Assembly (NCBI GenBank): GCA_963793305.1
Contig: CAWBZV010000005.1
Span: forward strand, 96,001-160,000
Direction: 5' to 3'
DNA length: 64,000 nucleotides
From: an uncultured Gemmatimonadales bacterium
Lineage (GTDB): Bacteria; Gemmatimonadota; Gemmatimonadetes; Gemmatimonadales; Gemmatimonadaceae
Made by a program: the position numbers and the translations under genes. Positions 20,798 to 33,787 of the stretch are shown here, piece after piece. Position 1 is the stretch's first letter. Each line of letters opens with the position of its first letter. The notes under the pieces were generated by a model. The model did no database searches, had not been told where the DNA came from, and was given only the letters and a program-made list of their open reading frames with translations.

Positions 20798-21771
20798 GCT
20801 AGACCAGGCAAGGGAAGTGTCGCGTACGCATTGATCTCGGGTCCCGCCGTTTCACCGCGCTCGAATCTAAACGCGCCCGCCCGCGCGATCATAGCGGCAT
20901 TGTCCGTCGCCAATCTCGGACTCGGCGCAAACACGGTCGCGTGCAGGTTCTCCCGCATCGCCGCCACCAGTGCCCGATTGCACGCCACGCCGCCGCCGAG
21001 CACCACCCGCTCTCGACGATACGCTCGCACGGCGCGAGCGGTCTTCTCCACCAGGGTGTCGATCAGGGCGTCCTGGAATCCACGGGCTAAATCAGCGGGA
21101 GCATGATCCGCCAATGCGAGGCGGACCGCGGTCTTGAGGCCGCTGAACGAGACGTTGTACTGATGTTGATCGGGTCGAAGCATCGGCCGCGTGAACTTGA
21201 TACGTGTCGGATCCCCGGTCGCCGCCAGCGACTCGACATGCCGACCGCCGGGGTACGGCAGTCCGAGCATCTTGGCGACCTTGTCGAATGCTTCGCCAGC
21301 CGCGTCGTCTCTCGTCGCGCCGAGCAGCCGATACTGCCCCCACGCCTCAACGTCAATCAGCAAGGTGTGGCCGCCGGAGACGAGCAGTGCCGTGAACGGA
21401 GGGACCGCGTCAGGATGCTCGAGCGACGCCGCGAACAGGTGGCCTTCCATGTGGTGCACGGGCACCAGCGGTATGCCGAGTGCTGCCGCAAGCCCCTTTG
21501 CGTAGGACAGGCCAACGAGCAGCGCACCAATGAGCCCTGGCGCATAGGTGACGGCAATCGCGTCGAGGTCGCCGAGCTTCGCCTGCGCGTCATCGAGCGC
21601 CCGCTGTACGACGGGCACGATGCTGGTGACATGTGCACGCGCGGCGATCTCCGGCACGACGCCCCCGAACACCGCATGCGCGTCCTGCGAAAGAATAACC
21701 AGCGACCGCAGTCGAGTGTCGAATACCGCGGCCGATGTTTCGTCGCATGACGTTTCGATGCCGAGGATCAC
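20794..21771 (-). CDS. tsaD: tRNA N6-threonylcarbamoyltransferase
   Basis: LGIETSCDET, GGVVPE, HHMEGH, SGGHT, GEAFDK, TDNAAM. Confidence 0.95.
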   Translation of the reverse strand: MILGIETSCDETSAAVFDTRLRSLVILSQDAHAVFGGVVPEIAARAHVTSIVPVVQRALDDAQAKLGDLDAIAVTYAPGLIGALLVGLSYAKGLAAALGIPLVPVHHMEGHLFAASLEHPDAVPPFTALLVSGGHTLLIDVEAWGQYRLLGATRDDAAGEAFDKVAKMLGLPYPGGRHVESLAATGDPTRIKFTRPMLRPDQHQYNVSFSGLKTAVRLALADHAPADLARGFQDALIDTLVEKTARAVRAYRRERVVLGGGVACNRALVAAMRENLHATVFAPSPRLATDNAAMIARAGAFRFERGETAGPEINAYATLPLPGLA

Positions 21772-21881
21772 CGGCCGTTCATGTGCGTGAATAACCACAG
21801 CGCGACGGCGAGAAAGAGCGCCACGGCCTTATACCCGAGGCGTTCCGTGAACGCCGCGACGATCCATTTCCGGAACTTCAC
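21768..21881 (-). CDS. 37-aa membrane peptide resembling the N-terminal anchor of CdaR/YbbR
   Basis: MKFRKWIVAAFTERLGYKAVALFLAVALWLFTHMNGR; GTGA overlaps with tlpA upstream and tsaD downstream. Confidence 0.6.
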   Translation of the reverse strand: MKFRKWIVAAFTERLGYKAVALFLAVALWLFTHMNGR

Positions 21882-22429
21882 GACGCCGGCTCGCGCAGCA
21901 ACTGCGTGACGAGCGCCCGATCCCCGGGCGAATCCCAGTCGGACGCGCCGATGACTTTCTTGCGAATGATGCCGTCGCGCCCAATGACGAACGTCTCCGG
22001 CACGCCGGTCGTCTGATACTGCCCGGTGATCCGGTTCGCCGAGTCGCGCAGGATGTCGAAGGTGAGCCCGCGCTTCGTGGCGAACGCGCGCACCGCCGAG
22101 TCGGTGGCCTCGGTATCGATGCTGACGGCGATGACCTTGAGCCCTTGGGGTCCGAGATCCTGATACAGTCGCTGGATCGCCGGCATCTCGACGACGCACG
22201 GCGGGCACCACGTGGCCCAGACGTTGAGCACGACGACCGATCCCCGATACGTGCCGAGACTCCGATCGTGTCGTGCTCCATCGACAGTCCACGCGTGGAA
22301 GTCGGGTGCCTTCGACCCGAGGCCGACGAGAAAGATCTCGTTGCTATTCCACCGAACCAGGGCAAACGCAGCCACCGCCAGTGCCCCGATCACGACGCCC
22401 ACCGCGGCCAGTTGCTGGCGAACGGTCAC
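21878..22429 (-). CDS. TlpA/ResA-family thiol-disulfide oxidoreductase
   Basis: N-terminal TM, LNVWATWCPPC, GVPETF. Confidence 0.9.
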   Translation of the reverse strand: MTVRQQLAAVGVVIGALAVAAFALVRWNSNEIFLVGLGSKAPDFHAWTVDGARHDRSLGTYRGSVVVLNVWATWCPPCVVEMPAIQRLYQDLGPQGLKVIAVSIDTEATDSAVRAFATKRGLTFDILRDSANRITGQYQTTGVPETFVIGRDGIIRKKVIGASDWDSPGDRALVTQLLREPAS

Positions 22430-23094
22430 GTCACGACCTCGACGGCTCGCCGCCGCAGCTCGCCGATCTCGGCCTTCGGATCTTTGGCCGCAAACACCGC
22501 GTGTCCGGCGACAAACGTGTCTGCCCCGGCCCGGAAGCACGTCGCGATCGTCTCGCGATTGATGCCCCCATCGACTTCCAATACTGCCTTACTGTGAACG
22601 CGCGTGAGCAGCGCTCGGGCTCGACCGATCTTCTCGACCGTGTGCGAAATAAATTGCTGCCCGCCAAACCCGGGATTGACCGTCATGACCAGAACGGTAT
22701 CCAGATCGGGCACGATGTCGAGCAGCACCTCGACCGGCGTGCCGGGGTTGATCGCGACCCCGGCCGCACACCCGAGCTCTTTGATGCGATGAATATGCCG
22801 GTGGACGTGAGGCGTGGCCTCCGCGTGGATGAGCATGCGCGACGCCCCGGCGGCGGCGAAGTCGTCGAAGTATTTCTCGGGCTGCCACACCATGAGGTGG
22901 ACGTCGAGCGGAAGCGTGGTCACCGATCGCACCGCCTCGATGACTTTCGTGCCGAACGTGAGATTCGGAACGAACTGCCCGTCCATGATGTCGACATGCA
23001 ACCAATCCGCGCCGCCAGCTTCCAAGCGCGCGACCTCCTCGCCGAGCCGCGCGAAATCGGCGCTCAAGATCGATGGAAGGATGCGCACGGTCAT
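22426..23094 (-). CDS. rpe: Ribulose-phosphate 3-epimerase
   Basis: PSILSADF, HVDIMDG, DVHLM, MTVNPGFGGQ, EVDGG. Confidence 0.96.
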   Translation of the reverse strand: MTVRILPSILSADFARLGEEVARLEAGGADWLHVDIMDGQFVPNLTFGTKVIEAVRSVTTLPLDVHLMVWQPEKYFDDFAAAGASRMLIHAEATPHVHRHIHRIKELGCAAGVAINPGTPVEVLLDIVPDLDTVLVMTVNPGFGGQQFISHTVEKIGRARALLTRVHSKAVLEVDGGINRETIATCFRAGADTFVAGHAVFAAKDPKAEIGELRRRAVEVVT

Positions 23095-23828
23095 GGCAAC
23101 CGCCCGGCGACGGTGAGCGACACGCCGGTCCCGGCTTCGACGGATGTGCCACCCGCGGGTGTCTGACTGACGATGGTTCCCTCGGGGTACGCCGCGGCCG
23201 AGTCGACGGTGATCACCGATGTGCGAAGCCCGAGCTGCTCGATGGCGGCCTTCGCTTGCGCAAAAGGTTGCCCCACGAGATCGGGCACGGTGACGGTCGA
23301 TGGTCCGGCGCTGACGACGAGTGTCACGATCGAAGGAAGGACCGCCTGTGTCCCGGCGACGGGCGTCGATGCCAACACCTCGCCGCGCGCCAGCGGGCTC
23401 TCGCGCATGGTGACATTGCCCATGGTGAGCCCGATCTTCTCCAGGGTCAGTTGTGCCTGTTCCTGGGTCAGGCCGACGACGTTGGGCACTTCGGTCCGTC
23501 GCTCGCCGGCACTCACGTCGAGCACCACCTTCGACCCGCGCGCCGCGGGTGCGCCCGCGGCGGGCGTCTCCTGCAGCACGGTCGATTTCGGGCTGCCGAC
23601 GTTGTAGCGCGATTCACCTTGCTCGGACTTGAGTCCCGCCGCGGTCAGCTTGTGCACGGCATCGTCGTACGTCAGGCCGAGCACGTTCGGGACCTTGAGC
23701 TCCTCGGGGACGAGCCGGGACGGGAAGATGAAGAAGAAAACGACCGCGTACGCCAGCAGGAACCCGCCCGCGGCGGCGATCACGTACGGCAGAAAGCGTC
23801 GGGCGTCGGCCAAGGACCGCCGACTCAC
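23091..23828 (-). CDS. Membrane-anchored protein with three PASTA domains
   Basis: TM helix followed by VPNVLG, VPNVVG and VPDLVG repeats. Confidence 0.85.
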   Translation of the reverse strand: MSRRSLADARRFLPYVIAAAGGFLLAYAVVFFFIFPSRLVPEELKVPNVLGLTYDDAVHKLTAAGLKSEQGESRYNVGSPKSTVLQETPAAGAPAARGSKVVLDVSAGERRTEVPNVVGLTQEQAQLTLEKIGLTMGNVTMRESPLARGEVLASTPVAGTQAVLPSIVTLVVSAGPSTVTVPDLVGQPFAQAKAAIEQLGLRTSVITVDSAAAYPEGTIVSQTPAGGTSVEAGTGVSLTVAGRLP

Positions 23829-25183
23829 AATCCTGCGGTCCTCCGCAGTCGCGCGGCGAACGCGCCATCCGTCCCATGCCGCTGCGGCAGCACACGGAGC
23901 CGGCCGGCATCCAACACCGCGGCCGGTACCGCGCCATCGGGCGGTGGCTCGAGCTTCCAATCGCGATGCTCGGCCAGGAACGCCTCGATCTGCGCGTCGT
24001 TCTCCTCGGGCTCGAGCGAGCACGTCGAGTACACCAGCAGCCCACCCGGCCTCACGATCTCCGCGGCGGCCCGCAAGATGGTCTTCTGGACGCCGCTCAA
24101 TACCGCCAGATCCGACAGCTTCAACCGCCACCGGGCATCGGGATGGCGTCTAAACGTTCCGGTCCCAGTGCAAGGCACGTCAACCAATACGGCGTCGACA
24201 GGTCGCACGGCGGGCGCTTGCCCTTCGGCGATGATGACGTGGACGTTGCGCGCTTCGACGCGCTTGATGTTGGCAGTCAGCCGCTGCACGCGAACCGGCG
24301 ACCGGTCAGCGGCAATAACCAATCCGGCCGTTCGAGTGAGCTCCAATGTCTTCCCACCCGGCGCCGCGCACAAATCAACGACCGTCGCCCCTGCCGGCAC
24401 GCACGCATACTGCGTGACGAGGGTAGAGGCGGGATCTTGCATAAAGAACAGTCCCTGCCGAAACGCCCCGAGCTCGGTGATCGATGCGGCTGAGCTGATC
24501 TGAATGCTGTCGCGTACCAGTGGCGGTTCCTCGACGCGCACCCCCGCCGACTCGAGCATGGCCTCCAGCTGCTCACGCACGACACCGTACGGACGGATAA
24601 CGACGGGAGCCTCGCGGTTGTTGGCGCGCAACAGTTGACGGGTTTCCTCGGCGCCCCACCGTGCCACCCACCTGGCTACGATCCACCGCGGATGCGAATA
24701 GGCAAGCGCCAACGCGTCGAGCGGATCACTCGGAGTCGGAGTCTCGAGCCCCCCAGCCTCGTCGCGTTCGCGATCGAGCCGTCGCAGCACGGCATTGACG
24801 AGCTTACTCGCGCCGAGCCCATGCCGGCGCTTCGCTAGCTCGACGGTCTGCGCGATCGCGGCGTACGGGGGGACGCTGCCCATGAACAGGAGCTGGTTCG
24901 CGCCGAGCCGCAGCAAGTCCGCGATATCGGCGTCGAGGCGCGCGAGACCGCCTCTCACGCGCGAGGAGAGCAAGGCATCGAGTTGCGAGCGGCGGCGCAG
25001 CATTCCGTAGACGAGCTCCTGGGTCCACCGCCGGTCTCTCGCGTCCAGCCGCCCGACCTTGTCCTCGAACGCCGGATCGAGCAGCGCTCCAGCGCGCAGC
25101 TCGGCGCAGATGTCCGCCGCGGCGACACGCGATTCGGTGACGCCACCGACCGGCGCCCGGACCGCCGAAGGATGCTCGCTCAT
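23825..25183 (-). CDS. rsmB: 16S rRNA m5C967 methyltransferase (Sun)
   Basis: NusB-like N-terminus, YSHP, QDPAS, DLCAAPGGKT, DVPCTGTG, YSTCS. Confidence 0.92.
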   Translation of the reverse strand: MSEHPSAVRAPVGGVTESRVAAADICAELRAGALLDPAFEDKVGRLDARDRRWTQELVYGMLRRRSQLDALLSSRVRGGLARLDADIADLLRLGANQLLFMGSVPPYAAIAQTVELAKRRHGLGASKLVNAVLRRLDRERDEAGGLETPTPSDPLDALALAYSHPRWIVARWVARWGAEETRQLLRANNREAPVVIRPYGVVREQLEAMLESAGVRVEEPPLVRDSIQISSAASITELGAFRQGLFFMQDPASTLVTQYACVPAGATVVDLCAAPGGKTLELTRTAGLVIAADRSPVRVQRLTANIKRVEARNVHVIIAEGQAPAVRPVDAVLVDVPCTGTGTFRRHPDARWRLKLSDLAVLSGVQKTILRAAAEIVRPGGLLVYSTCSLEPEENDAQIEAFLAEHRDWKLEPPPDGAVPAAVLDAGRLRVLPQRHGTDGAFAARLRRTAGL

Positions 25184-25975
25184 GTCAGAATGTCCTGACG
25201 TGGGCGAGGACGGCACCGCAACTTCCCGTCTTGGCATCCGGCCGGCCAAATACGCCAGACGTCCGGCCTGCACGCCGAGCCGCATCGCCTCCGCCATGCT
25301 CACGGGGTCCTTGGCGGCCGCTATCCCCGTATTCATGAGCACCCCGTCCACGCCCTGCTCCATCGTGATGCACGCGTCAGACGCCGTTCCTACGCCGGCA
25401 TCAACGATGATAGGGACAGTCAGCCGATGCTTGATCGTGCGCACGCTATATGGGTTGAGGAGCCCGAGACCCGATCCAATGGGCGCCGCCAGCGGCATCA
25501 CTGCCACGGCACCGGCGTCCTCCAGTCGGAGCGCCGTGATCAGATCGTCATTCGTGTAGGCCATGACCTGAAAGCCTTCGGCCGCGAGGACTTTGGTGGC
25601 TTCAACAGTGCCAACTGGATCCGGGAGCAGCGTTTCTTGATCGGCGATGACCTCGAGCTTGATCCACTCGTTAAACCCAGCGGCCCGAGCCAACCGCGCA
25701 TATCGTGCAGCATCTACCGCGTTGGTGCAGCCAGCGGTATTGGCGAGCAAGAAATACCGCGCCGGGTCGAGATGATGCAGAATGCCAGCGTCATTCGACC
25801 GATCGAGATCGACTCTCCGAACCGCCACCGTCACGACCTCGGCGCCCGAGGCCTCAATCGCCCGAATCATGACATCGTTCGACGCGTACTTGCCCGTGCC
25901 GACGATGAGCCGGGACCGGAACTCCCGGCCCGCAATCACGAGCGTATCAGTCGTCGGTAGGATCAACGTGGCCAC
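25180..25975 (-). CDS. thiG: Thiazole synthase; stop apparently lost by a 1-nt insertion at ~25189
   Basis: SRLIVGTGKY, NTAGC, WIKLEV, MPLAAPIGSG, DAGVG; removing one base gives SGHLT* overlapping the rsmB ATG. Confidence 0.9.
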
Positions 25976-25979
25976 GGTG

Positions 25980-26186
25980 TCAGCCTCCGCCGACGAAATG
26001 CACGAGCTCCAGGACGTCACCGGCCTCGAGCGCCAAGTTTCCGAACTCGTCCCGCTGGCGCAAGATCGTGCCGTTGCGCTCAACGACGACCATGCGCGCG
26101 TCGAGCCCGAGTCCGCCCAGCAGCCCGGCGACTGTCGTGCCCCCCGCGACCGTTCGCTGCGCTCCGTTGACCGTCAGCGCGATCAT
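25980..26186 (-). CDS. thiS: Sulfur carrier protein
   Basis: Ubiquitin-like, VERNG, C-terminal VHFVGGG. Confidence 0.93.
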   Translation of the reverse strand: MIALTVNGAQRTVAGGTTVAGLLGGLGLDARMVVVERNGTILRQRDEFGNLALEAGDVLELVHFVGGG

Positions 26187-26239
26187 GGACGTGCCCGCCG
26201 CGACGTTCGCGGCACCCCGTTGGCAGTCAGCGCGATCAT
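26134..26239 (-). repeat. Imperfect 53-nt tandem duplication of the thiS 5' end
   Basis: ATGATCGCGCTGAC occurs at 26239 and at 26186, followed by similar sequence. Confidence 0.8.
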
Positions 26240-26838
26240 GCTAGGAAATATAAGTAGTCTCGCGCAGCCCGTGCGCTGTCCGCGGCGTGCCAGACGCCCC
26301 GAATAATCGCGACGCCATACGCTCCCGCGCGTTGCAGGGGCTCAACGTCGGACACCTTGACACCGCCAATGGCAATCACGGGCGCTCCGGCGCGTTCCGC
26401 GATCATCCGGACAAGATCAAGACCTTGCGCTGGCTTGGAGGCATGCGTCGGTGTCTCAAAAACGTGGCCTGCAATGACCCAATCGGCGCGAGTCGCCCTC
26501 GCGTGATGGACGCTCTCCCCGACAAGTAGCCGGGGCGCGATACGCCTAACGTCCGTTACGCCAAACGACCTCTCTCCGACCTGCACCCCCCCTGCTCCCG
26601 CAGCCAGCGCGACGTCGACGCGATCATTGACAACAAGCAGTGCGCCGTCGCCCGAAGCGCGCGGCGCTAATGCGACTGCAATGTCGTAGAGGAGTCGAGC
26701 CGAGGTATTGTGTCCACGGATGTGCAGCGCCCCACGGGACCCGATGGCAGCCAGCACGTCACTCGCCCGTGCCAGAAAGTCGGGCGACCGCAGGATGTCG
26801 TCGTCGGTGATGACGTGGAGGACAGGAAGCGCACTCAC
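26236..26838 (-). CDS. thiE: Thiamine-phosphate synthase family (ThiE/TenI)
   Basis: VNDRVDVALA, FETPTH, PVIAIGG; thiS-thiG context. Confidence 0.8.
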   Translation of the reverse strand: MSALPVLHVITDDDILRSPDFLARASDVLAAIGSRGALHIRGHNTSARLLYDIAVALAPRASGDGALLVVNDRVDVALAAGAGGVQVGERSFGVTDVRRIAPRLLVGESVHHARATRADWVIAGHVFETPTHASKPAQGLDLVRMIAERAGAPVIAIGGVKVSDVEPLQRAGAYGVAIIRGVWHAADSARAARDYLYFLA

Positions 26839-27764
26839 CCGAGACGTGTGCCGACCGCGCTCCCACGCCCGCGTGCCCAGGCCTCGGCGGTCATTCGTGG
26901 CTTACCCGCCGGCTGCACATACGCGATGCAGACGGCTCCCTCGCCACACGCTACCGTGAGCCCACCGGCGTCGACGCCGAGGATTTCGCCGGGCGGTCGC
27001 TCATGGGTATGCGCCGCGGTGGCGCCGAACAGCTTGAGTTCCGCCTCGCCATTGGTGGTGAACGCGCCGGGCTTTGGATCATACGCCCGAATGCCGCGCG
27101 CGACGTGAACCGCCGGCTGCGCCCAATCGACTCGCGAGTGCTCGCGATCGACCTTTGGCGCGTATGTCGCGGCCGCGTCATCCTGCTGCTGCTCGATCGC
27201 GATTCCCAGGTCGACGAGGGTCAGCGCCTCGATCAACGCCAGCGCGCCCAGCTCGGCCAACCGGAGCGCGAGCTCCCCGTACGTCTCGTCCTCCGCAACC
27301 GGCGTCGCACGGCGCAACAGCATCGGCCCGGCGTCGAGCGCGGGCACCAGCCGCATGATGGTGACGCCCGTCTCGGTGAGGCCCTCCAGGACCGCCGCCT
27401 GGATCGGCGCGGCCCCCCGGAGATGCGGGAGCAATGACGCATGGACGTTGAACGTGCCGAGTCGCGGCGTATCGATCACGGTCTGCGTCAGGATGCGTCC
27501 GTATGCGACGACGATCGATGCGTCGGGCTCCAACGTCTCCAGCGCTTTGACGAACTCTGGGGACTTGGGCTGTTCCGGCTGCAACACCGGAATCCCTTCC
27601 TCGAGGGCGATGACCTTGACCGGCGATGGAACGAGCGTCGAGCGCGATCGACCCTGGGGACGGTCGGGTTGAGTGACAACGCCGACGACGTCGTGACCTT
27701 CGCCGATGAGCGCGCGCAGGGCGGGCGTCGCGAACTCGGGGGTCCCCCAAAAGACGATCCGCAC
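26835..27764 (-). CDS. fmt: Methionyl-tRNA formyltransferase
   Basis: FWGTPEFA, TQPDRP, NVHASLLP..RGAAPI, LDAGP. Confidence 0.96.
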   Translation of the reverse strand: MRIVFWGTPEFATPALRALIGEGHDVVGVVTQPDRPQGRSRSTLVPSPVKVIALEEGIPVLQPEQPKSPEFVKALETLEPDASIVVAYGRILTQTVIDTPRLGTFNVHASLLPHLRGAAPIQAAVLEGLTETGVTIMRLVPALDAGPMLLRRATPVAEDETYGELALRLAELGALALIEALTLVDLGIAIEQQQDDAAATYAPKVDREHSRVDWAQPAVHVARGIRAYDPKPGAFTTNGEAELKLFGATAAHTHERPPGEILGVDAGGLTVACGEGAVCIAYVQPAGKPRMTAEAWARGRGSAVGTRLG

Positions 27765-27768
27765 GACG

Positions 27769-28328
27769 CTACAGGTTCTCGTCGTCCGGCTTGCCGTTCT
27801 CCTCGGGAGTGGAGCGCACGGAGCGAATCAGATCGGGATACGCGCCTTTGAGCTCGTCCCACGTCGCCAGCGCAGCCTTCTTTTTGAGCACGCTCAGATA
27901 ATCGATGAAGAGCTTCCCATGCAGATGGTCGATCTCGTGCTGCAGGCACCGCGCGAGCAGCTCCGTGGCTTCCACCTCGAACGGCTCATAATCGCGATCG
28001 AGCGCCCGCACGATGACGTGTGCTGGTCGCTCGACGTCCCCGTACACCTCGGGGATCGACAGACACCCTTCCTCGGCTTTCGCCATACCACCATCGGCTA
28101 CGAGGATCTCGGGATTGATGAGCACCAGTGGCTGCTGGCGATCGACGTCGACAACGGTCAACCGCTCGATGCGCCCAATCTGGGGCGCCGCGAGCCCGAT
28201 GCCGCGCGCAGCGTACATGGTGTCGAACATGTCGTCGATCAGCCGCTGGAGCTCATCGTCGACCTTCTTCACGGTTGCCGTCTCCTTGCGCAGGATAGGC
28301 GACCCGAGCACGTGAATGTCCAGCAGGC

Positions 28329-28332
<4 letters not shown>
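27769..28332 (-). CDS. def: Peptide deformylase
   Basis: GIGLAAPQIG, EGCLS, QHEIDH. Confidence 0.97.
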
Positions 28333-30749
<2,417 letters not shown>

Positions 30750-30753
<4 letters not shown>

Positions 30754-31770
30754 AACAACTCCGGCTGCGCAGTCGGCGGCGTATACCCGAAGTGCTGATA
30801 CGCACGCTTGGTCGCGACCCGACCGCGTGGCGTCCGCTGCAAGAACCCATTCTGCACGAGAAACGGCTCGTACACTTCCTCGATGGTCTCGGCGTCCTCG
30901 CCGACGGCGGCGGCGACCGTGCCGAGGCCCACGGGCCCACCGTCGAACTTGTCGATGATGGCCTTGAGGATACGCGCATCCATATCGTCGAGCCCCATCT
31001 GATCGAACGTCGAGCATCGCCAGCGCCTGTGCCGCGACACTCTCGGTGATGCGTCCTTGCGCCCGCATCTGCGCGAAGTCCCGCACGCGCCGCAACAGCC
31101 GGTTCGCCACGCGCGGCGTGCCCCGCGACCGCCGCGCGATCTCATGAGTCCCACCTGCGTCGATGGGCACTTGCAGCACCTCGGCCGTCCGCCTGACGAT
31201 CTGCTCGAGATCCGAGTCGGGATAGTAGTTGAGCCGGAGCTCGATGCCGAATCGCGCTTTGAGCGGCGCCGAGATCATCCCGAGCCGCGTCGTCGCGCCA
31301 ACGAGCGTGAATCGCTCGATCGGCATCGTGATGGTATTCGCCTTGGGTCCTTCAGAGAGGCGGATCTCGATCTTGTAATCCTCCATCGCCGGATACAGGA
31401 ACTCCTCGATGACTGGCCGGAGGCGATGGATCTCGTCGATGAACAGCACGTCACCGCGGCGCAGATTCGTCAGGGTGCCAACCAAGTCCCCTGGCTTCTC
31501 CAACGATGGCCCCGATTTCTGATGAATATTGGCGCCAAGCTCGCGTGCGATGAGCTCGGCCAGCGTGGTCTTGCCGAGTCCAGGCGGCCCAAAAAATAGG
31601 GTATGATCGAGCGGCTCACGCCGCGCGAGCGCCGCGTCGATGCCAATCTGCAGGGTGTCTTTGACTTTCTGCTGCCCGATAAACTCCGACAGCCGCTGCG
31701 GTCTGAGCGACAGCTCGACGGGACCTTCTTCCGCGAGCTCCTCCGGTGTCGTGATCTCGGGCCTAGCCAT
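30750..31770 (-). CDS. ruvB: Holliday junction helicase RuvB; apparent +1 frameshift at ~31006
   Basis: [23 protein letters not shown]-terminus (GGPVG, EPFL, RTPRGR) is in ORF 30750-31154. Confidence 0.93.
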
Positions 31771-32684
31771 GCACTCGAATATAAGCCGAAGAGTCTGGCG
31801 GAGGCTGACGGCGCCAGCGACGGTGATGCCAGAAATATTGTTCAGGATATTGGCGAATCACGCGCTCGAGTGCCGCCGTGAAGTTGGCGACGACGGTGTC
31901 GACATCGCGCTCGCGATCCCCGGTCTCCGGGACGGGGATGCCCTCGATATGCATGCGAAACCGGCCGTTCGGCAAGCGCATGGCCGCCATGGCAGCGACG
32001 GGCGCGCCGAGGCGCTTGGCGAAGACGGCCGGGCCGCGCGGGGTCTTCGCCGGGCGCCCGAAGAACGGCACGAACGTCGAGGCCAAGCCTTTCACACCCT
32101 GGTCGGCGAGAAACGCGACCAGTCGCCCATCGCGCAACGATCGCGCCGTGCGCCGCACCGCCTCGTGGTCGTGGACGACCACCATGCCCATGTCCGCGCG
32201 CGTGCGCGTGATGTACGCATTGAACAGCGGATTCGCCTGCTTGCGCGCGATCGCGTCGATCGGAATGCCGCGCGCGGCGAAATAGGCGCCACCGAGCTCC
32301 CAGTTCCCGACGTGGCCGGTCACGGCGATGATGCCGCGTCCCGCGGCCATCGCTTGCTCGACCCAGTCCCAGTTGTCGACCTGCTCAAAGAGATCGACGA
32401 GGCCCTGGCGGCCGAGGCGTGGCGCCAGGGCGATCTCGGCGGCGTTGCGGCCCAGGTGCCGGTATGCGGCCACCGCCGTCCGCTCGACGTCCGACTGACT
32501 CATTCTCGGGGAATGCCGCGGCGATCTGTTGCTCGACGACCGCGCGACGGATGCCGAGGGGGCGGTATCCGAGGGCGCCGATCCACGCCCCAAACGCACC
32601 GGCGCGCGGCCAGCTCAGCGTCTCGATGGCGCGGACCGCGCCGCGCAACGCGTAGAACTCGGCCGCCTGCGCGAGCGTGGTCAC
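31763..32684 (-). CDS. Lipid A lauroyl/myristoyl acyltransferase family (LpxL/HtrB); apparent +1 frameshift at ~32503
   Basis: [28 protein letters not shown]-terminus is in ORF 32385-32684. Confidence 0.85.
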
Positions 32685-33787
32685 GCGCAGACCTCGTCGA
32701 CGAAGGCGATCGTGTCGGCGGCGACGCGGTCCCAGTTGTAGTGCGACTCGACGGCGTCGCGCGCCGTGCGGGCAAAAGACTCGCGCAGCGCGCGGTCGTC
32801 GAGGAGGCGCCGAATGGCGGCGGCGGCGGCCGCGACATCGGTCGGGGGCACCAGCAACCCCGTCTCGCCATCGCGCACGGCCGATGAGACTCCGCCTGAG
32901 TTTCCCGCGACGCTCGGTGTGCCGCTGGCCGCAGCTTCGACGAACGAGATCCCAAACCCCTCGGCCTGCGATCCCTCCTCTCTCGACAGGCCTACGTAGA
33001 CATCGGCTGTCGCATAGGCTTTGGCAATCTCGTCATCGGAGAGCGCACCCGCGAATGTGACCCGACTGGCGACGCCCGCTTCGCGGGCGATCGTCTGGAG
33101 CCGCTCGCGATCGGCGCCCGTTCCGACGATGAGATAGCGGGCATCGGGTACGAGGGCGAGAGCGCGGATCGCTACATCTTGGCCTTTGTGCGGGACCAGT
33201 CTCGCGACGGTCAACAACATTCGTGCTTCGCGCTTGCCTCGATCGGGGCGGAAGAACGTGGGGTCGGTGCCGAGATCGATCGCCGCGACTGGAGGTGGCC
33301 GCGTAATGCTCGCTTCGTGCATGACCGACCGCGCCAGCTCGGCGCTCCAGCGCGAGATCGCGATGATACCGCGACTGTCGCCGAGGATGCGGCGAAGCGT
33401 CCAGCGTTTGAGCGGGTTCGCCGAGATCTTGCGGCGCTCTTTGAGCAGGTCCAAGCCATAGACATACACCACGTACGGGCGGCGCATGGACCAGACCGGG
33501 TAGCCGGCTGGACGAATGTTGCCGCAGTGCAAGATGCCCGTGCGCGGGAGCGCTCGCGCCCAGCGAATCTGGTTCCCCAAACTTTTCGCGCCGGCGATGG
33601 AGAACGGCATCCGGGCAATTCTATAGTGCTCCGCCGCGTCGAACGTCGAAGCAGCCGGGTGAGAAACGGTCGAGACGAGAACGCCGCCGGCGTGAGCCAG
33701 GCGGCGACAGCGCTCCACGTTCACCCGCGCGATACCCCCCAAGTCGGGCCCATAGTCCTGCGTGACGAACACATGCCGCTCGCTCAT
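32681..33787 (-). CDS. Glycosyltransferase family 4
   Basis: ARLVPHKG, EGFGISFVEA, DGETG. Confidence 0.9.
   Translation of the reverse strand: MSERHVFVTQDYGPDLGGIARVNVERCRRLAHAGGVLVSTVSHPAASTFDAAEHYRIARMPFSIAGAKSLGNQIRWARALPRTGILHCGNIRPAGYPVWSMRRPYVVYVYGLDLLKERRKISANPLKRWTLRRILGDSRGIIAISRWSAELARSVMHEASITRPPPVAAIDLGTDPTFFRPDRGKREARMLLTVARLVPHKGQDVAIRALALVPDARYLIVGTGADRERLQTIAREAGVASRVTFAGALSDDEIAKAYATADVYVGLSREEGSQAEGFGISFVEAAASGTPSVAGNSGGVSSAVRDGETGLLVPPTDVAAAAAAIRRLLDDRALRESFARTARDAVESHYNWDRVAADTIAFVDEVCA

Noticed and set aside
23825..26083. 752-aa ThiG-RsmB fusion ORF
   Set aside because: The junction carries the recurrent AGAATG extra base; removing it gives a thiG stop overlapping the rsmB ATG, so it is most likely not a real fusion
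31640..32887. Long antisense or alternate-frame ORFs (e.g. 31640-32887, 23073-24503, 35626-36813, 58723-59973)
   Set aside because: Shadow ORFs expected in high-GC DNA opposite well-supported genes; Arg/Ala-rich and without motifs
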